Counted from the first letter of the stretch, positions 13,835 through 31,012 are shown. The stretch: 64,000 nt of DNA from the human T2T-CHM13v2.0 reference genome, Homo sapiens (GCF_009914755.1 NC_060929.1), one strand, 5' to 3'. Translations and numbers: made by a program. The notes: generated by a model not told the origin, from the sequence alone.

Positions 13835-15547
13835 CAGAAGTTCTCAAAGTCCCTGACACTTTCATAGGGGGCTTGTGAGGCCAAACCTACTTTTATTAAT
13901 ATATTATCATTAATAATATTAAGATATTATTTGCCATTTTCACCATGCTGACATTTGCTCTGATGGTACAAAGAACTGAAGTAGCACCTGTGGTTTCCGT
14001 CATGCCATTCACTCATAGACAACATACCAGCTTCATTTGAGGTTTTTGATAAAGCAATAAAAATTATAAAGTATATTAAATTACAAGAAGAACACACTTT
14101 TTAATGACATTCTGTGTGACAACAATGAGAAAAACTCATGATATCGTTTGGCTGTGTCCCCACCCAAATCTCATCTTGAATTGTAGTTCCCATAATCCCC
14201 ATGTGTTGTCAGAGGGACCTCCTGGGAGGTAGCTGAGTCAAGGGGGTCATTACCCCCATGCAGTCCTCCTGATAATGAGTTCTCACGAGATCTGATGGTT
14301 TTTATAAGCATATGGCATTTCCCCTGCTGGCACTCACTGTCTCTCCTGCCACCCTGTGAAGAGGTGCCTTCTGCCGTGATTGTAATTTTCCTGAGGCCTC
14401 CCCAGCCATGTGGAACTGAGTCAATTAAACCTCTTTTCTTTATAAATTACCTAGTCTCAAGTATTTCTTCATAGCAGTGTGAGAATGGACTAATACAACT
14501 CATAAAGCACTTGTGAGCAGGATGGTTGTCTGAAGAAAAAGCACTTGTGTGATTGCAATGCAAGCTGAATGAACTGCATTTTGCAAGAAACAACATTTTT
14601 ATTTTAAAAGACACTGATATGCTAACTATGGCTATTAAGACTGTGATATTTAACAGATATTTTCATGAAAATAATTGAAGTGAGCCTGTCATGTTAAAAA
14701 AAAAAAGCTGACAGCATAGATTGACAATTAGAAAACTGGAAATTTCAAGTGAAATTTAGAATTTTGGAAAACTGTGGTGTCACTCTAAGTTTGACAGCTT
14801 CCCAGTTTGTAAAGACTTTTCCGATGAGATCAGAGGTGATGATAATTATGTGATTTTTTTATAACGCTGAATGAAATGTGTCAATATTTAAAAGATCCGT
14901 GTAATTATTAAACTGTTATATTTTCAATGACCAAAGCATAATTTTATGAATTCATGGCTGCATAAAAAATTCTTTCAAACTGTGAGATTCACTAAAGAAT
15001 TTTAATGAAACAAAGTACAAAATGCTCATTGATATGGGTTTAGATTCCAATTGCAACTATTATTTGAGAAACTAGCACTTGTTGAATTCTAATGTAGTAT
15101 CAAAGAAGAATATCCGGAGTTGTCTGAAAAGATAATTAAAATACTACTTTCTTTTCCAACTACATATGTGTGAGAGGCCAAGTTTACTTTAGCTACTTCA
15201 ATAAAAGTAGCATATTAAAACAAACTGAATGCAGAAGCAGACATAAGCATCCCAGTGCCTCCTATGAAGTTAAACATTATGTAGATTTACAAAATTGTAA
15301 AACAATGCCACTCTTCTTGCTAAATTTTTGGTTTGGGAAGTTATAGTTATTTTTATAAACACATGTTACTATGTAATGGGTTTATTGTAATTTTTTACTG
15401 AGTAATTAATGTTTTAAAAAGTCTGGTTTTAATGTTTAATATAGAAAACATGAATAAATAGAAGCCACTTAAACAAAAACTCTCTGGAGTCCTCCAATAA
15501 TTTTTAAGAATGTGAAGAGATTTTGAGACCAAAATGTTTCACCATTT
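13835..15547 (+). mobile_element. Charlie1-family hAT DNA transposon
   Basis: Left end cagaagttctcaaagt...gaggccaaacctactttt; right end aataatttttaagaatgtgaagagattttgagaccaaaatgttt. Confidence 0.8.
14139..14497 (+). mobile_element. THE1/MSTA MaLR solo LTR nested in Charlie1
   Basis: tgatatcgtttggctgtgtcccc...ggactaataca; perfect 5-bp TSD actca at 14134-14138 and 14498-14502. Confidence 0.95.
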
Positions 15548-15553
15548 CAGCAC

Positions 15554-15743
15554 ACTGGTGCTCAGCCGTGATTCTAATGTGAGTCCATCTGCATATTAGA
15601 ATCAGCTGAGACCTTTAAACAAGTCTCAAGCATGGGGCCTACCATCAGAAATTCTGCTTAATTGGTCTGGATTGTAGCCTGGATACAACGGCTTTAAAAC
15701 TTGTTCTGATGAAGCTACTGAGTAGCCAAGATTGAGAGACACT
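15554..15743. mobile_element. MER5A-type hAT MITE
   Basis: gcatattagaatcagctgag...agaaattctgcttaattggtctgg...agccaagattgagagacact. Confidence 0.7.
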
Positions 15744-16470
15744 TGAAATCACCTTTGCAAAAATTATAACAGTGAGAAAATTATAACGGTGCAAGAGATC
15801 TGATCTAACAAAGTCCATCTTGCCTTTAATCTCCAAACTGCCATTGGGCATTACTGTAAGTGGGCCAAGCTGACTATGGGATAAATTTATTTTATAGTCT
15901 AAATGATAATAACACTTCCCAAAACTAAGCCACCTTTATAAAACTAATAAAAGTCCACAAGTTTAGGATTATGAGTGGGACCTGAATCTGCTTAGAGACA
16001 GACATAGTTAAATAATTACCAGCCATTGTTCCAGAGGTCACAAGATCTATAACTTCCTCAATTACTTCCGTAATTAACAACACTATTGTGGAACCTAAGA
16101 TTGGCCTTTTGAGATGCCTTTTCAGACTTTTGCATTTCTGATGACTAGATGACTTCACCCAGACCCATGACTCAAGACTCCACTGGTCCTGTGACCCCTA
16201 CCCAAAAGTGCACTAGGGTCATTTTCCACACCCCTATGGCTACATCCCCAAGCAATCAGCAGCATTCATTCTGTAATCCCCTGCTTGCCAAACTATCTTT
16301 AAAACACCCTGTCCTCTGAATTTTCAGGGAGGCTGATTTGAGTAATAATAAAACTCTGGTCTCTTGTTTAGCTGGATCTGCATGTATTAAGCTCTTTAAT
16401 GCAATTTCCCTGTCTTGATAAATTGGCTGTATCTGGGTAGGGGGCAAGATGAATCTGTCAGATGGTTACA
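15744..16470 (+). mobile_element. LTR8/LTR8A-type ERV1 solo LTR
   Basis: tgaaatcacctttgcaaaaattataacagtgag...gatggttaca; TG...CA termini; aataaa near 16347; 4-bp flanks cact/cagt. Confidence 0.88.
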
Positions 16471-17516
16471 CAGTGACAGGGCTTGCATGCCAAATAATCA
16501 CCTTAGGCATAAATACCTACATATTCACTAGAACACATTCCCAGCATCTCTGTGTCAGAGTATATCAATGGATGATAGCCTCTTTCCTATATGTTGGAAA
16601 CTCTTGTTTTCTATTGTTCCTGAATAGGTATGTATTTTGTTTTTCTCCATTCTCCTTTACTTGGGGTGGTGTTTTTATAGACCATTCCACTTGTTTGCAC
16701 TTTTTCCATTTATTTATATGTGCATTTATTTCACAAATACTTTAAAATGGGCTCTTTCTTTGGTCTGTTAACTAATAAAAGATATCTAAGAAGGTGCTTA
16801 CAGGAACTGGAAGTTAACTTGGTTGTGTTGAGAAGCCTTATAGGAGGAGCTTTGACTAGAATAAAGGTTATTTATCCTGGAAGAATGGTAAATTCAGAGT
16901 ACAGGAAAAATGACCAAGTTCTGTGCAGTGGCTAAGAATGGTTCATTTAAAGTTCTTATTCATCATAGATTTTGCCTAGGCTCTTAATGGCTACCTGAAT
17001 TAGCATTCTAGTGTCTATCCTTTTTTCTGAAATGTGCTTTGGACACACTAACTTCTGTTTATTCAAAACATCTGCCATATGATGTCACTTCTGATATTTA
17101 GCTACCAACCAGACCAAGAGTAATACTATTCCTGCAAACACAGGTCTTGTTTCTCGATGAACAGCGCAGTTTTCCTTTCATCTTCAAAATTCCCAGAGCA
17201 AGGCTGGAGGAAGAGTGTTGCCTATGGCTCAGTCCTTTGTGATGTCTTGTACTGGCCACCAAGTGTCACTCTTGTTCTTTTTGCTATTGAAAAAATGTTC
17301 TTATAGACAAAGGGACACTGGGTCTCTGTTCCGGTTCTGTTATATAGCTTCTAGTTCCAGCTGGAGGCTTTTGCATTTTAGCCAGCTTTCTTGTGTGACA
17401 CCGCTTTAGCAGCTTATAGCTGGTTGCTTGGATCCTGCTGTTTGGGTTAATGACATGAAGAAGAAAGAGCAATAGCACACTGATATGATGGATTTGAGTC
17501 TTTGTGCCCCACTCAC

Positions 17517-17615
17517 CTGGTTGAGCTGGGTTGCCCAGCTTACTTCTTGTCTTGAAGAAATCACTTTGACAACTCTGTCTGCAAGTGATCATTCAGAGTA
17601 AATCACTATGGATTC
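17517..17615 (-). other. Candidate 99-nt non-coding internal exon
   Basis: Minus strand reads ttctgtttctatcaacAG | exon | ...caaccag GTGAGT; stop codons in all three frames; no transcript evidence. Confidence 0.3.
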
Positions 17616-18439
17616 CTGTTGATAGAAACAGAATGCTGGTTATTTATAACAGCAGAACCATATAATTTCAAAGGGGTAAAAAATGATTGTGAACTCAATT
17701 TTCTTATCAGTATAAGGCCAATTACAAAGCAAAATATAGAACATACTATTGAGAAATGAATGTATTGTCATAAGGAAACACATTTTCCCAGAATCTCAAT
17801 AACAAGACCCTGCAGTGTGTAGCATTTCAGTTCTTCTTTTAAGTTTTAGCTTACAGATTTTGTTTAGCGGAAGGGGAGGGGGCATTGAGGGGGGAGTCAA
17901 TGAAATTTGATGTTAATAAAACAGTTAATGTCCATGCAAATGCTAACTTGATATTCATCTGGGCCTGTTGGTGGGAATATGCTGTTGATGAACATGTGTA
18001 CCAATTTTTCTAGAATGTGCCTTCCTAGTTCCATGGTCAGTAGATAGAAAGTGATATTTTGAGCCCCCAGTAACAAGTTAATCACACTGTAGTTTTTCAC
18101 ATCTATTCTCTGACATTCTGAAATTCATAAAGCAGGGTTGGAAGCCTCAGTATTGGATCTAATTTAATTTAACTTAATATAATCCAGGGCTGAGACTCAG
18201 TGATTAGATTTTGTGCTTACAACAATTCTGGTTCCTTAAAAGTTTATCTTTAGTGGAACAGGCTGGGATGAGTAAATTGGAAACTAAGAGTCTAGATAAA
18301 AGTAGGAAACTGGACTTATTGATGTTGCTTCCCCCAAATCCTACTCAATGTGCATTAATTGTTGATATATACACAGGCTCTTCTGGGTGCCACATGTGTC
18401 ATGAAATGAACTTGGACTTTTGATTTTGATGGCTTTGGG

Positions 18440-18625
18440 ATTTAACTTCTGGTTCTGGCACATATTAACCATATGACCTGGAGCAAGTAACTTTACCATT
18501 CCAAGTCTTAGATTCTGTAGCTCTAAAATGAGGAATAATAGCATTAATTTTCCAGGGTTATAATTTTTAAAATAATATATAAAGGGTGTTGGGTGCATAA
18601 TAGGCACTCAATAAAAAGTATAAAC
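18440..18625 (+). mobile_element. MIR SINE
   Basis: atgacctggagcaagtaactttacc...taaaatgaggaataatagc...taggcactcaataaa. Confidence 0.75.
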
Positions 18626-18800
18626 AACTGCATGATGAAAAATGCTCTTTAGATTCTCTTCCGAAGTTTCCAAGAGCTGTATCCCCACCAAATAATAGTG
18701 AAAACAAAAAATGTTAAACTGTCTTGTTGTATAACTATTCTGTAGTCATTCAGTGAAATGAAAAAAGGTGGCTGTCCCCAAACAATAGTTGTTAGTTGAT

Positions 18801-18867
18801 ATACTAGCTTTCTATTGCAGCTGTAACAAATTATCACAAACTTAGTGGCTTAAAACACAGATTTATA
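18801..18867 (-). mobile_element. MLT1 MaLR LTR end fragment
   Basis: ctattgcagctgtaacaaattatcacaaacttagtggcttaaaacaca. Confidence 0.7.
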
Positions 18868-18869
18868 GA

Positions 18870-19882
18870 AATTATAAGAGGATTTAAATTAAGTGGTTCC
18901 AAGAAACAGGTTATCAAACTGGCCTTTCCAGATGAAATTTGTCATACATTCAAAGGGTATGGTATAATCTCCTCATGGGGGTAAGGAGGGAAGGAACATG
19001 CAAACCATGGCCTGCTCTGGAATCATGGTTACTCGGATTATTAATAGTAGAATTGAATTAAATGAGAAGTGAAAATTAGTCACCAAAGCAACAAAGTGAT
19101 TATAAAGATGATATAATCATCAGGCTTTTTATTATGGTCCTGAAGAGGCATATGCAGGGAAAACATGACATTAAGGGCCATGAACATCCAATAAAGAACA
19201 CACATGGAGGACCCAAAGTTCTTCAAGTAAGCTTTGAAGAAATGCTTTGAGTAGATTTGACTAAGGACAAATCCTAGGGCTGATTGTCAGAGTTACAGAA
19301 TGGAAGAGATCACCAAGTGTCTATACTAAGGTAAAGGCACTGGTGGGGAAGTAGTGGAATGCTGAGAAATAGGATAGAAACATATGAGCTGACCCAGATG
19401 TCCTAAATGTCCCTTAAATTATCTTTGCCTATGGAGGGAGCACCATTTCCCTATCGGAGGAAATAGTCCCTGCTGTAAAAGCTTTTCACCGACTGTACTT
19501 GAAGCACTAACATCCGAACAGGACCCATCCCTACCACCTCTGATTGCCTCCAGAGAAGTTACAATATTATATAACCCTAAGAGTGTTCAATAGAAGGCTT
19601 GCTCAGAGCAGAGATAACCTATAGATTAAAAATGTGTAAGACCTCAGCAATACATAGGGGCAAACTAAAGGCATTTAGGAAGCTTGTGGGGGTGAATTCT
19701 AAAGATTTTTGAATAAGGGGGATAGGATATGAGTCTCAAATAGGCCAAATTCATTGGTATGATGGACAACCGAGGAGTCAGGATTTGGTGTGTTGGTTCA
19801 AACACCTAGAAGTGATATTCATCATCTGTAGGATTGGCAAATCTAAGTATATTGGTCTAGATTTTTAAAAGTAGAAAAATGG
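18870..19882 (+). pseudogene. ERV-L internal region: leader and N-terminal gag, degenerate
   Basis: Leader agtggttccaagaaacag; 19310-19395 and 19680-19845 are degenerate, frameshifted matches to ERV-L gag motifs KVRALIGKEWDPE and WEWILRV...DSGFNVLA. Confidence 0.8.
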
Positions 19883-20399
19883 GGGCAGCTGGCCAGATGG
19901 CCGAATAGGAACAGCTCCGGTCTGCAGCTCCCAGCTAGATCAACACTGAAAGCAGGTGATTTCTGTGCTTTTGACTGAGGTACCTGGTTCATCTCATTGG
20001 GACTGGTTGGACAGTGGGTGCAGCCCATGGAGGGCAAGCCAAAGCAGGGTGGGGCATTACCTCACCCAGGAAGCACAAGGGGTCAGGGAATTCTCTCCCC
20101 TATTCAAGGGAAACCGTGAGGGACTGTGCCATGAGGAATAGTGCACTTTGGCCCAGATACTGCACTTTTCCCATGGTCTTCGCAACCCACAGACCAGGAG
20201 ATTCCCTCTGGTGCCTATTCACCCAGGGCCCTGAGTTTCATGCACAAAACTGTGCGGCCATTTGGGCAGACACCGCACTAGCTGCAGGAGTTTTTTTTCC
20301 ATACTCCAGTGGTGCCTGGAATACCAGTGAGACAGAACCATCCACTCCCCTGGAAAGGGAGCTGAAGCAAGGGAGCCAAGTGGTCTAGCTCAGCAGATC

Positions 20400-20516
20400 T
20401 CACCCCCACAGAGTCAGCAAGCTAAGATCCACTGGCTTGAAATTCTCACTGCCAGCACAGCAGTCTGAGGTCGACCTGGGATGCTTGAGCCTGATGCGGG
20501 GAAGGGCATCCACCAT
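20400..20516 (-). pseudogene. L1 antisense ORF0-like reading frame, truncated
   Basis: gcaATGG start; MVDALPRIRLKHPRSTSDCCAGSE resembles L1HS ORF0 MAGAPPPASLPPCSLISDCCASNQ (recalled). Confidence 0.6.
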
Positions 20517-21218
20517 TGCTGAGGCTTGAGTAGGCAGTTTTACCCTCACAGTGTAAAAAAAGCCGCCAGGAAGTTCGAACTGGGCGAAGCCCACCGCAGC
20601 TCAGCAAGGCTGCTATGTCCAGACCGCCTCTCTAGATTCCTGTTCTCTGGGCAGTCCATCTCTGAAAAAAAGGCAGCTGTCCCAGTCAGGGGCTTATAGA
20701 TAAAACCCCCATCTCCCTAGGACAGAACACCTGGGTGAAGGGGTGGCTGTGGCCGCAGCTTCAGCAGACTTAAACATCCTGCCTGACGGCTCTGAAGAGA
20801 GCAGCGGATCTCCCAGCAAAGTGAGCTCTCCTAAGGGTGAGACTGCCTCCTCAAGTGGGTCCCTGACCCCCGTGTATCCTAACTGGGAGACATCTCCCAG
20901 TAGGGGCCAACAGACACCTCATACAGGAGAGCTCTGGCTGGCATCTGGTGGGTGCCCCTTTGGGACAAAGCTTCCAGAGGAAGGAACAGGCAGCAATCTT
21001 TGCTGTTCCGCACCCTCTGCTGGTGATACCCAGGCAAACAGGGTCTGGAGTGGACCTCCAGCAAACTCCAGCAGACATGCAGCTAGGGGCCTGACTGTAA
21101 GATGGAAAAATAACGAACAGAAAGGAATAGCATCAAAGTCAACAAAAAGGACATCCACTCAGAGACCTCATCTGAAGGTCACCAACATCAAAGAACAAAG
21201 GTAGATAAATCCACGAAG

Positions 21219-22244
21219 ATGGGGAGAAACCAGCACAAAAAGGCTGAAAATTCAAAAAACCAGAATGCCTCTTCTCCTCTAAAGGATCACAGCTCCTCAC
21301 CAGCAAGGGAACAAAGCTGGATGGAGAATGAGTTGGATGAATTGACAGAAGTAGGCTTCAGAAGGTAGGTAATAAAAAATTCCTCCGAGCTAAAGGAGCA
21401 TGTTCTAACCCAATGCAGGAAGCTAAGAGCCTTGAAAAAAGGTTAGAAGAATGGCTAACTAGAATAACCAGTTTAGAAAAGAACATAAATGACCTGATGG
21501 AACTGAAAAACACAGTATGAGAATTTTGTGAAGCATACACAAATATCAATAGGCTAATCGATCAAGCAGAAGAAAGGATATCAGAGATTAAAGATCAAAC
21601 TAACGAAATAAAATGTGAAGACAAGATTAGAGAAAAAAGAATAAAAAGGAACAAACAAAGCCTCCAAGAAATATGGGAATATGTGAAAAGACCAAATCTA
21701 CATTTGATTGGTGCACCTGAAAGTGACAGGGAGAATGGAACCAAGCTGGAAAACATTCTTCAGGATATTATCCAGGAGAACGTCCCCAGTCTAGCAAGAC
21801 AGGCCAACATTCAAATTCAGGAAATACAGAGAACACCACAAAGATACTCCTTGAGAAGAGCAATCCCAAGACACATAATCATCAGATTCACCAAGATTGA
21901 AATGAAGGAAAAAAATGTGAAGGGCAGCCAGAGAGAAAGGTTGGGTTTTCCACAAAGGGAAGCCCATCAGACTAATAGTAGATCTCTCTGCAGAAACCCT
22001 AGAAGCCAGAAGAAAGTGGGAAACAATATTCAACATTCTTAAAGAAAAGAATTTTCAACCCAGATTTTCATATCCAACCAAACTAAGTTTCATAAGCGAA
22101 GGAGAAATAAAATTCTTTACAGACAAGCAAATGCTGAGAGATTATGTCACCACGAGGCCTGCCTTACAAGAGCTCCTGAAGGAAGCACTAAACATGGAAA
22201 TGAACAACATGTACCAGCCCCTGCAAAAACATACCAAATTGTAA
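21219..22244 (+). pseudogene. L1 ORF1p, disrupted
   Basis: atggggagaaaccag start; fragment KRPNLHLIGAPESDRENGTKLEN; frameshifts and stops. Confidence 0.92.
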
Positions 22245-22307
22245 AGACCATCAACACTATGAAGAAACTGCATCAACTAATGGGCAACATAACCAGCTAG
22301 CATCATA

Positions 22308-26110
<3,803 letters not shown>

Positions 26111-26310
26111 ACAGTGAGAACACATGGACACAGGGAGGAGAACATCAGATACTGGGATCTGTTGGGGGTTGGGGGGCTAGGGGAGGCATAGCATTAGAAG
26201 AATACCTAATGTAGATGACAGGTTGATGGGCTCAGCAAACCACCATGGCACGTGTATACCTGTGTAACAAAACTACAGGTTCTGCACATGTACCCCAGAA
26301 CTTAAAGTAT

Positions 26311-26313
26311 AAC

Positions 26314-26357
<44 letters not shown>
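26311..26357. repeat. (AAT)n microsatellite derived from the L1 tail
   Basis: Directly visible. Confidence 0.95.
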
Positions 26358-26360
<3 letters not shown>

Positions 26361-26708
26361 TATGTATATATATAGGCAAAATAGAAAGAAAAACTTTCTA
26401 TATCTTTAACTTAATTTTTAAAGAAGTATTTATAACAACACTTAAAGGTGAATTATTTAATGTTTTACTTATGAGAATGGGAAACAAATAAAGATATCCA
26501 CTACCTCTTCCATTAAACATTGTACTGAAGTCCTAGCCAGTGAAAGAAGATAAGAAAAATAAATAAAAGTCAGAATTGGAAATAAAAAATATTTTATTAT
26601 TATTTACAGATATGCTATTTTATGCCTCTGAGGGCCTTAGTAAATGTTGTTACTCTTACTAGGATGCCTTGTTAATGAAACATTAACTTGCTTCATCTTT
26701 CAAAAAAG
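26358..26708 (+). other. Putative L1 3'-transduced segment (old L1M ORF2 fragment plus L2-like fragment)
   Basis: Lies between the L1 tail and the right TSD copy at 26709-26723; ends in a short A-run. Confidence 0.7.
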
Positions 26709-26885
26709 AAAGTAGAAATATGGAAACTTCCTTGGCATACCATGGAGATGGGAGTCTGAAGAATTGGGGAAATAGGAATGTTGTAATTATCTATTATTTG
26801 CTTTGCCAATCTCCCTAACTTTACTCCCTGGGAGAACCTAGAGATGTTTCTTTCACCAAGTGATTAAGAAATCCATTGATCTTTG
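26709..26885 (+). pseudogene. ERV-L gag continuation
   Basis: gtagaaatatggaaacttccttggcat = VEIWKLPWH, then IGEIGML and FTK*LRNPL, matching ERV-L gag VEMPELPW...EVGML...FTKAIRNAL. Confidence 0.78.
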
Positions 26886-27043
26886 GCAATAAAAGAAAAT
26901 GTTTACTTATAATATTTATAACTATAAAACTTTCTTCCTTAATCCTCTTGTACATTTTCAAATAGCATTTGTTAGAATGTTTATAAAACAAACTGTGAAA
27001 ATGCTATTACAATGCATGAAAATTATTTGGAATACCAGACAGA

Positions 27044-27256
27044 GGCGACATGGCAAAACCCCACCTCTACTAAAAATACAAAAGTTAGCTGGGTGTGGTG
27101 GTGCACTCCTATAGTCCCAGCTACTTGGGAAGCTGAGGTGGGAGGATCACTTTAGCCTGGGAGGTCAAGGCTGCAGTGAGCCATGATCATGCCACTGTAC
27201 TCTAGCCTGGGCCACAGAGTAAGACCCCACCTCAAAAAAAAAAAAAAAAAAAAAAA
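27044..27256 (+). mobile_element. 5'-truncated AluJ
   Basis: Right monomer with AluJ features and poly-A; perfect 14-bp TSD gaataccagacaga at 27030-27043 and 27257-27270. Confidence 0.93.
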
Positions 27257-27894
27257 GAATACCAGACAGAACTAGATTTTGAACTGATGGTCTTAAGTTA
27301 TAACATAAGACGTCTGCCTTTTGTAAAAATAAAATACCTTTATTACAATGCTAGCAAAAGCCACTTTTATTTAGATTTGTCCTGTACAAATCAAAAGAAT
27401 GCTATAAAAGCTCTATTATTTTTATTTTATATAATAATACTTAATACTTGTATAGAAGTTTTACTTTCCAAAAGTATTTTAATATGTTGTTCATAAATTA
27501 TGTCATATCTGTATTTTTAAGTGCATAAACATATGGGTATAATTTAACAAATACTCAATAAAAGACATTTTTGTGCAGCTGTCACCCAGGCCAAGTAATA
27601 GCATACTGCCAGCGTCCCAAGGCTCCCTGTTTACACCTAACTGATTATAATCATGTCATTGTCGCCAAAATTAACCAGTGTCTAAATTTCTTTGTGTTTC
27701 TTTGAAGTTTTGTTATCCATGTATGCAATTTTACACAGTATAATTTTTGTCTGATTTGGCACTGTTTTCAAAGTTTCTATTTTAAAAATGTCAAGCCATG
27801 AGAAAAGTTGTAAATGTAGTAAGTTAAGTGAAAAGGACATTTCTGGAACAATAAATTTAAATATGGACTGAGTATTAATATAAAGGAATTTTAA

Positions 27895-28247
<353 letters not shown>

Positions 28248-28374
28248 AATATTTTTATTTCTTAAAGATATATATACTAAGGAATTTAGAGGTGTAATAT
28301 CAAGATGTTATTGATTCACTTTAAAATATTTCAGCATAAATAAATAGAGTTTTAAAAATGCATACTGCACAAAC

Positions 28375-31012
28375 CATAGTAGGAGAATAGAAGACTCTAG
28401 GGTAAGACATTTTCATCCCTTGCCAACTACTATATTTTACTTAAGAAACAGCTCTTGGGTTGCTGCTGGACCCTGGTAGAGACTAAATCAATGACTCTGG
28501 TCATCAAGTTAGTATGCAACCTCAACTGCCAGTCATACACTGGTGTTATTGAATCCATTGGACCATAAAATTGGACATGTCTAGCAACATTCCATTATAA
28601 AATGGAAGTTGAATATAGAGACCAGGTCTGAGCAGATATAAAAGGAAAAGTAAACTGCATGATCAGGTGGCTCCGATTCTTGTGCTACCTGCCCCTGATG
28701 CTTTACCGTCTCCTCCTCAATTCACATCTATGACACCATAACTGATTCCCTCTGGCCAGCCAAGGGACAGGGAAAAGCATGGGCCTAATTATAGGTCTTT
28801 CTGCCCCACATGCTAGGAAAAAACCACTATACTACAGTCTCACTGTTTGTGCTGGGGAAGGTGGGTATTGATGAAGGGAAATTATCCCAGTGGGCAGAAC
28901 TTAGAATGGTGGGTTGAATTGTCCATTTTGTGTTAAAAGAGAGATGGCCTAAGGTGCAAATCTACGCTGACTTCTGGGCAGGGGCTAACACACTGACCTA
29001 CTGCTCAATGACTAAGAAAGACAAATTGGAAAATTATTGACAAAGAGTTCTGGGGGAAACAGATTTAAATAATCCTCTCAGTATGGGCATGGAGTATGAA
29101 GATATCCACTTAATCTGTAAATGTGCGCCAGAGGGCATCCACTTTGGAGGAGACCCTTAATAATCAGGCAGACAAGGCAACTCATCCTCTTGATGTCAGT
29201 TTCTTTTCCCAGACACCCTGGAACATACTTAATGGATCCATGTACAAAATAACCATAGCAACTGGGAAAGAGGCTATGCACAGGCTCAAAAACATAGTCT
29301 TTTTTCTTGCCTGGGCTGATGTGGCTACTGTTGTGCTCAATGCTTAACCTTCTAAAAGCATAGGCTGATGCTGAGCCACGTGATGTACCATTTATCAAGA
29401 GTCAAGCTGGTCACCTAGTGGCAGATTAATTATATTTTATCTCTCCCATCTTGCCAAGTGTATCACTTTGTCCTTATATGGAAGATGCATATTTCACAAG
29501 GGATTTGCATTTTTTGCTCACGGTGTTCCTGATAGCACTATCATTTGTGGACTAACAGAATACCTTCTTTATTCATTCCCAACCTATCCCGTGCAACATC
29601 ACCTCTGACCAGGAAACATATTTCATGTGAAAGAAGGTGAGGCAATGGACTGCTTCTCATTACATTCACTGGTATTACCCTACCACCCTATAGAAGCTGA
29701 CTTAATGGGATGGTAGAGTGCCTGGTAGAGGCTCAGTTATGGTGCCAGCTAGGGTAGACCACCCTGAAGAACTGAGATGCTGTTCTGAAGGATGAGAGTT
29801 TTACCTTAAACTAACAGCTGCTATTTGGTGGTGTCACTGTATTCAGAATGCATGGGTTCGGGAAAGAGGGGAAAGTGAGAGCAACCCCTTCCACTATTAT
29901 CCATAATAATTCACTTAAATTTTGTTGCTTTCAACGCTATGACTGTTAAGTCTGGAAGTCTTCATGCCCAAGTGTAGTAGTCTGTTTTCACACTGCTATA
30001 AAGAAATACCCAAGCCTGGGTCATTGATAAACAAAAGAGGTTTAATTTGACTCTTAGTTCTGCATGGCTGGGGAGACCTCAGACAATTTACAATCATGGT
30101 GGAAAGTGGAGGAGAAGTGAGCACCTTCTTCATAAAGCGGCAGGAGGGAGAGTGGGCGAAGGGGAAGTGCCACATTTTAAAGCATCAGATCTCATGAGAA
30201 TTCACTATCACTAGAACAGCATGGGGGAAACCGCCTCTGTAATCCAATCACCTCCTACCATCTCTCTCCCTCGACATGTGGGGATTTTAATTAGAGATGA
30301 GATTTAGGTGGTAACACAGAGCCAAACCATATCACCAAGGGAAGAATGCTTCCACAAGGAAACAGTCCTCATTCTGATTCACTGAAAAATGGGCTTGTCT
30401 CGTGGCCATTTGGCGTTTTTCATGCTGATGAACCAATAAAGAGATGTTTCACTGTATGAGCTAGGGTAACTGATCTTAATTTCCAGGGGAAAATCGCATT
30501 TCTGCTACATAATAGGAGCAAAGAAGACCCCTCTATTTTGAACCTAAGAAAACAATTAGATTGTCTCTTATATTCCCTTGTCCAGTAGCATAGGTCAATG
30601 GAAAACTTTGGCAGCCCAATAAAGATGTGACCATTGAGTATACAATTTTTACTGGAATGAAGTTTTATATCTTTCCCTATAGAGAACTGTATCCAGCCAA
30701 GGTGGATATGTTGAGGGAAACATGAAGTAAGTGATAGAGAAAGGGAGTCATAATTACCAAGTTAGGTGTTGGCACTAACTGCATAGGTAGGAATTATAAT
30801 TACTTATTTTTCCCTACCTCCACACTCTTATTTTATACAATTGACACTTATAATACTGATATTTAAGGTTTGATTTGTGAGTATGGCCAAATTAACATCA
30901 CTTTGCCCTAATATGAGAGCTGAAGAACATGTGTGTCCCTTGTATTGAGGGCATAAATTTTTCAACCATTTGAAGAATAAAAATGGACTAAGAGGGGAAA
31001 AGGGATGGACCC
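28375..31012 (+). pseudogene. ERV-L pol 3' half (RNaseH, integrase), dUTPase and 3' untranslated region, degenerate
   Basis: KQLLGCCWTLVET, HKIGHV*QHSIIKWK, integrase WQINYI and ITSDQETYF, dUTPase-like LEVFMPKGRMLPQG; polypurine tract agaggggaaaagggatggac. Confidence 0.85.
29973..30334 (-). mobile_element. MSTA/THE1D-type MaLR solo LTR nested in ERV-L
   Basis: tgtagtagtctgttttcacactgctataaag...gccaaaccatatca; perfect 5-bp TSD ccaag at 29968-29972 and 30335-30339. Confidence 0.93.

Noticed and set aside
18870-19882. Domesticated Fv1-like gag gene
   Set aside because: Many stops and frameshifts, and split by the L1 insertion.
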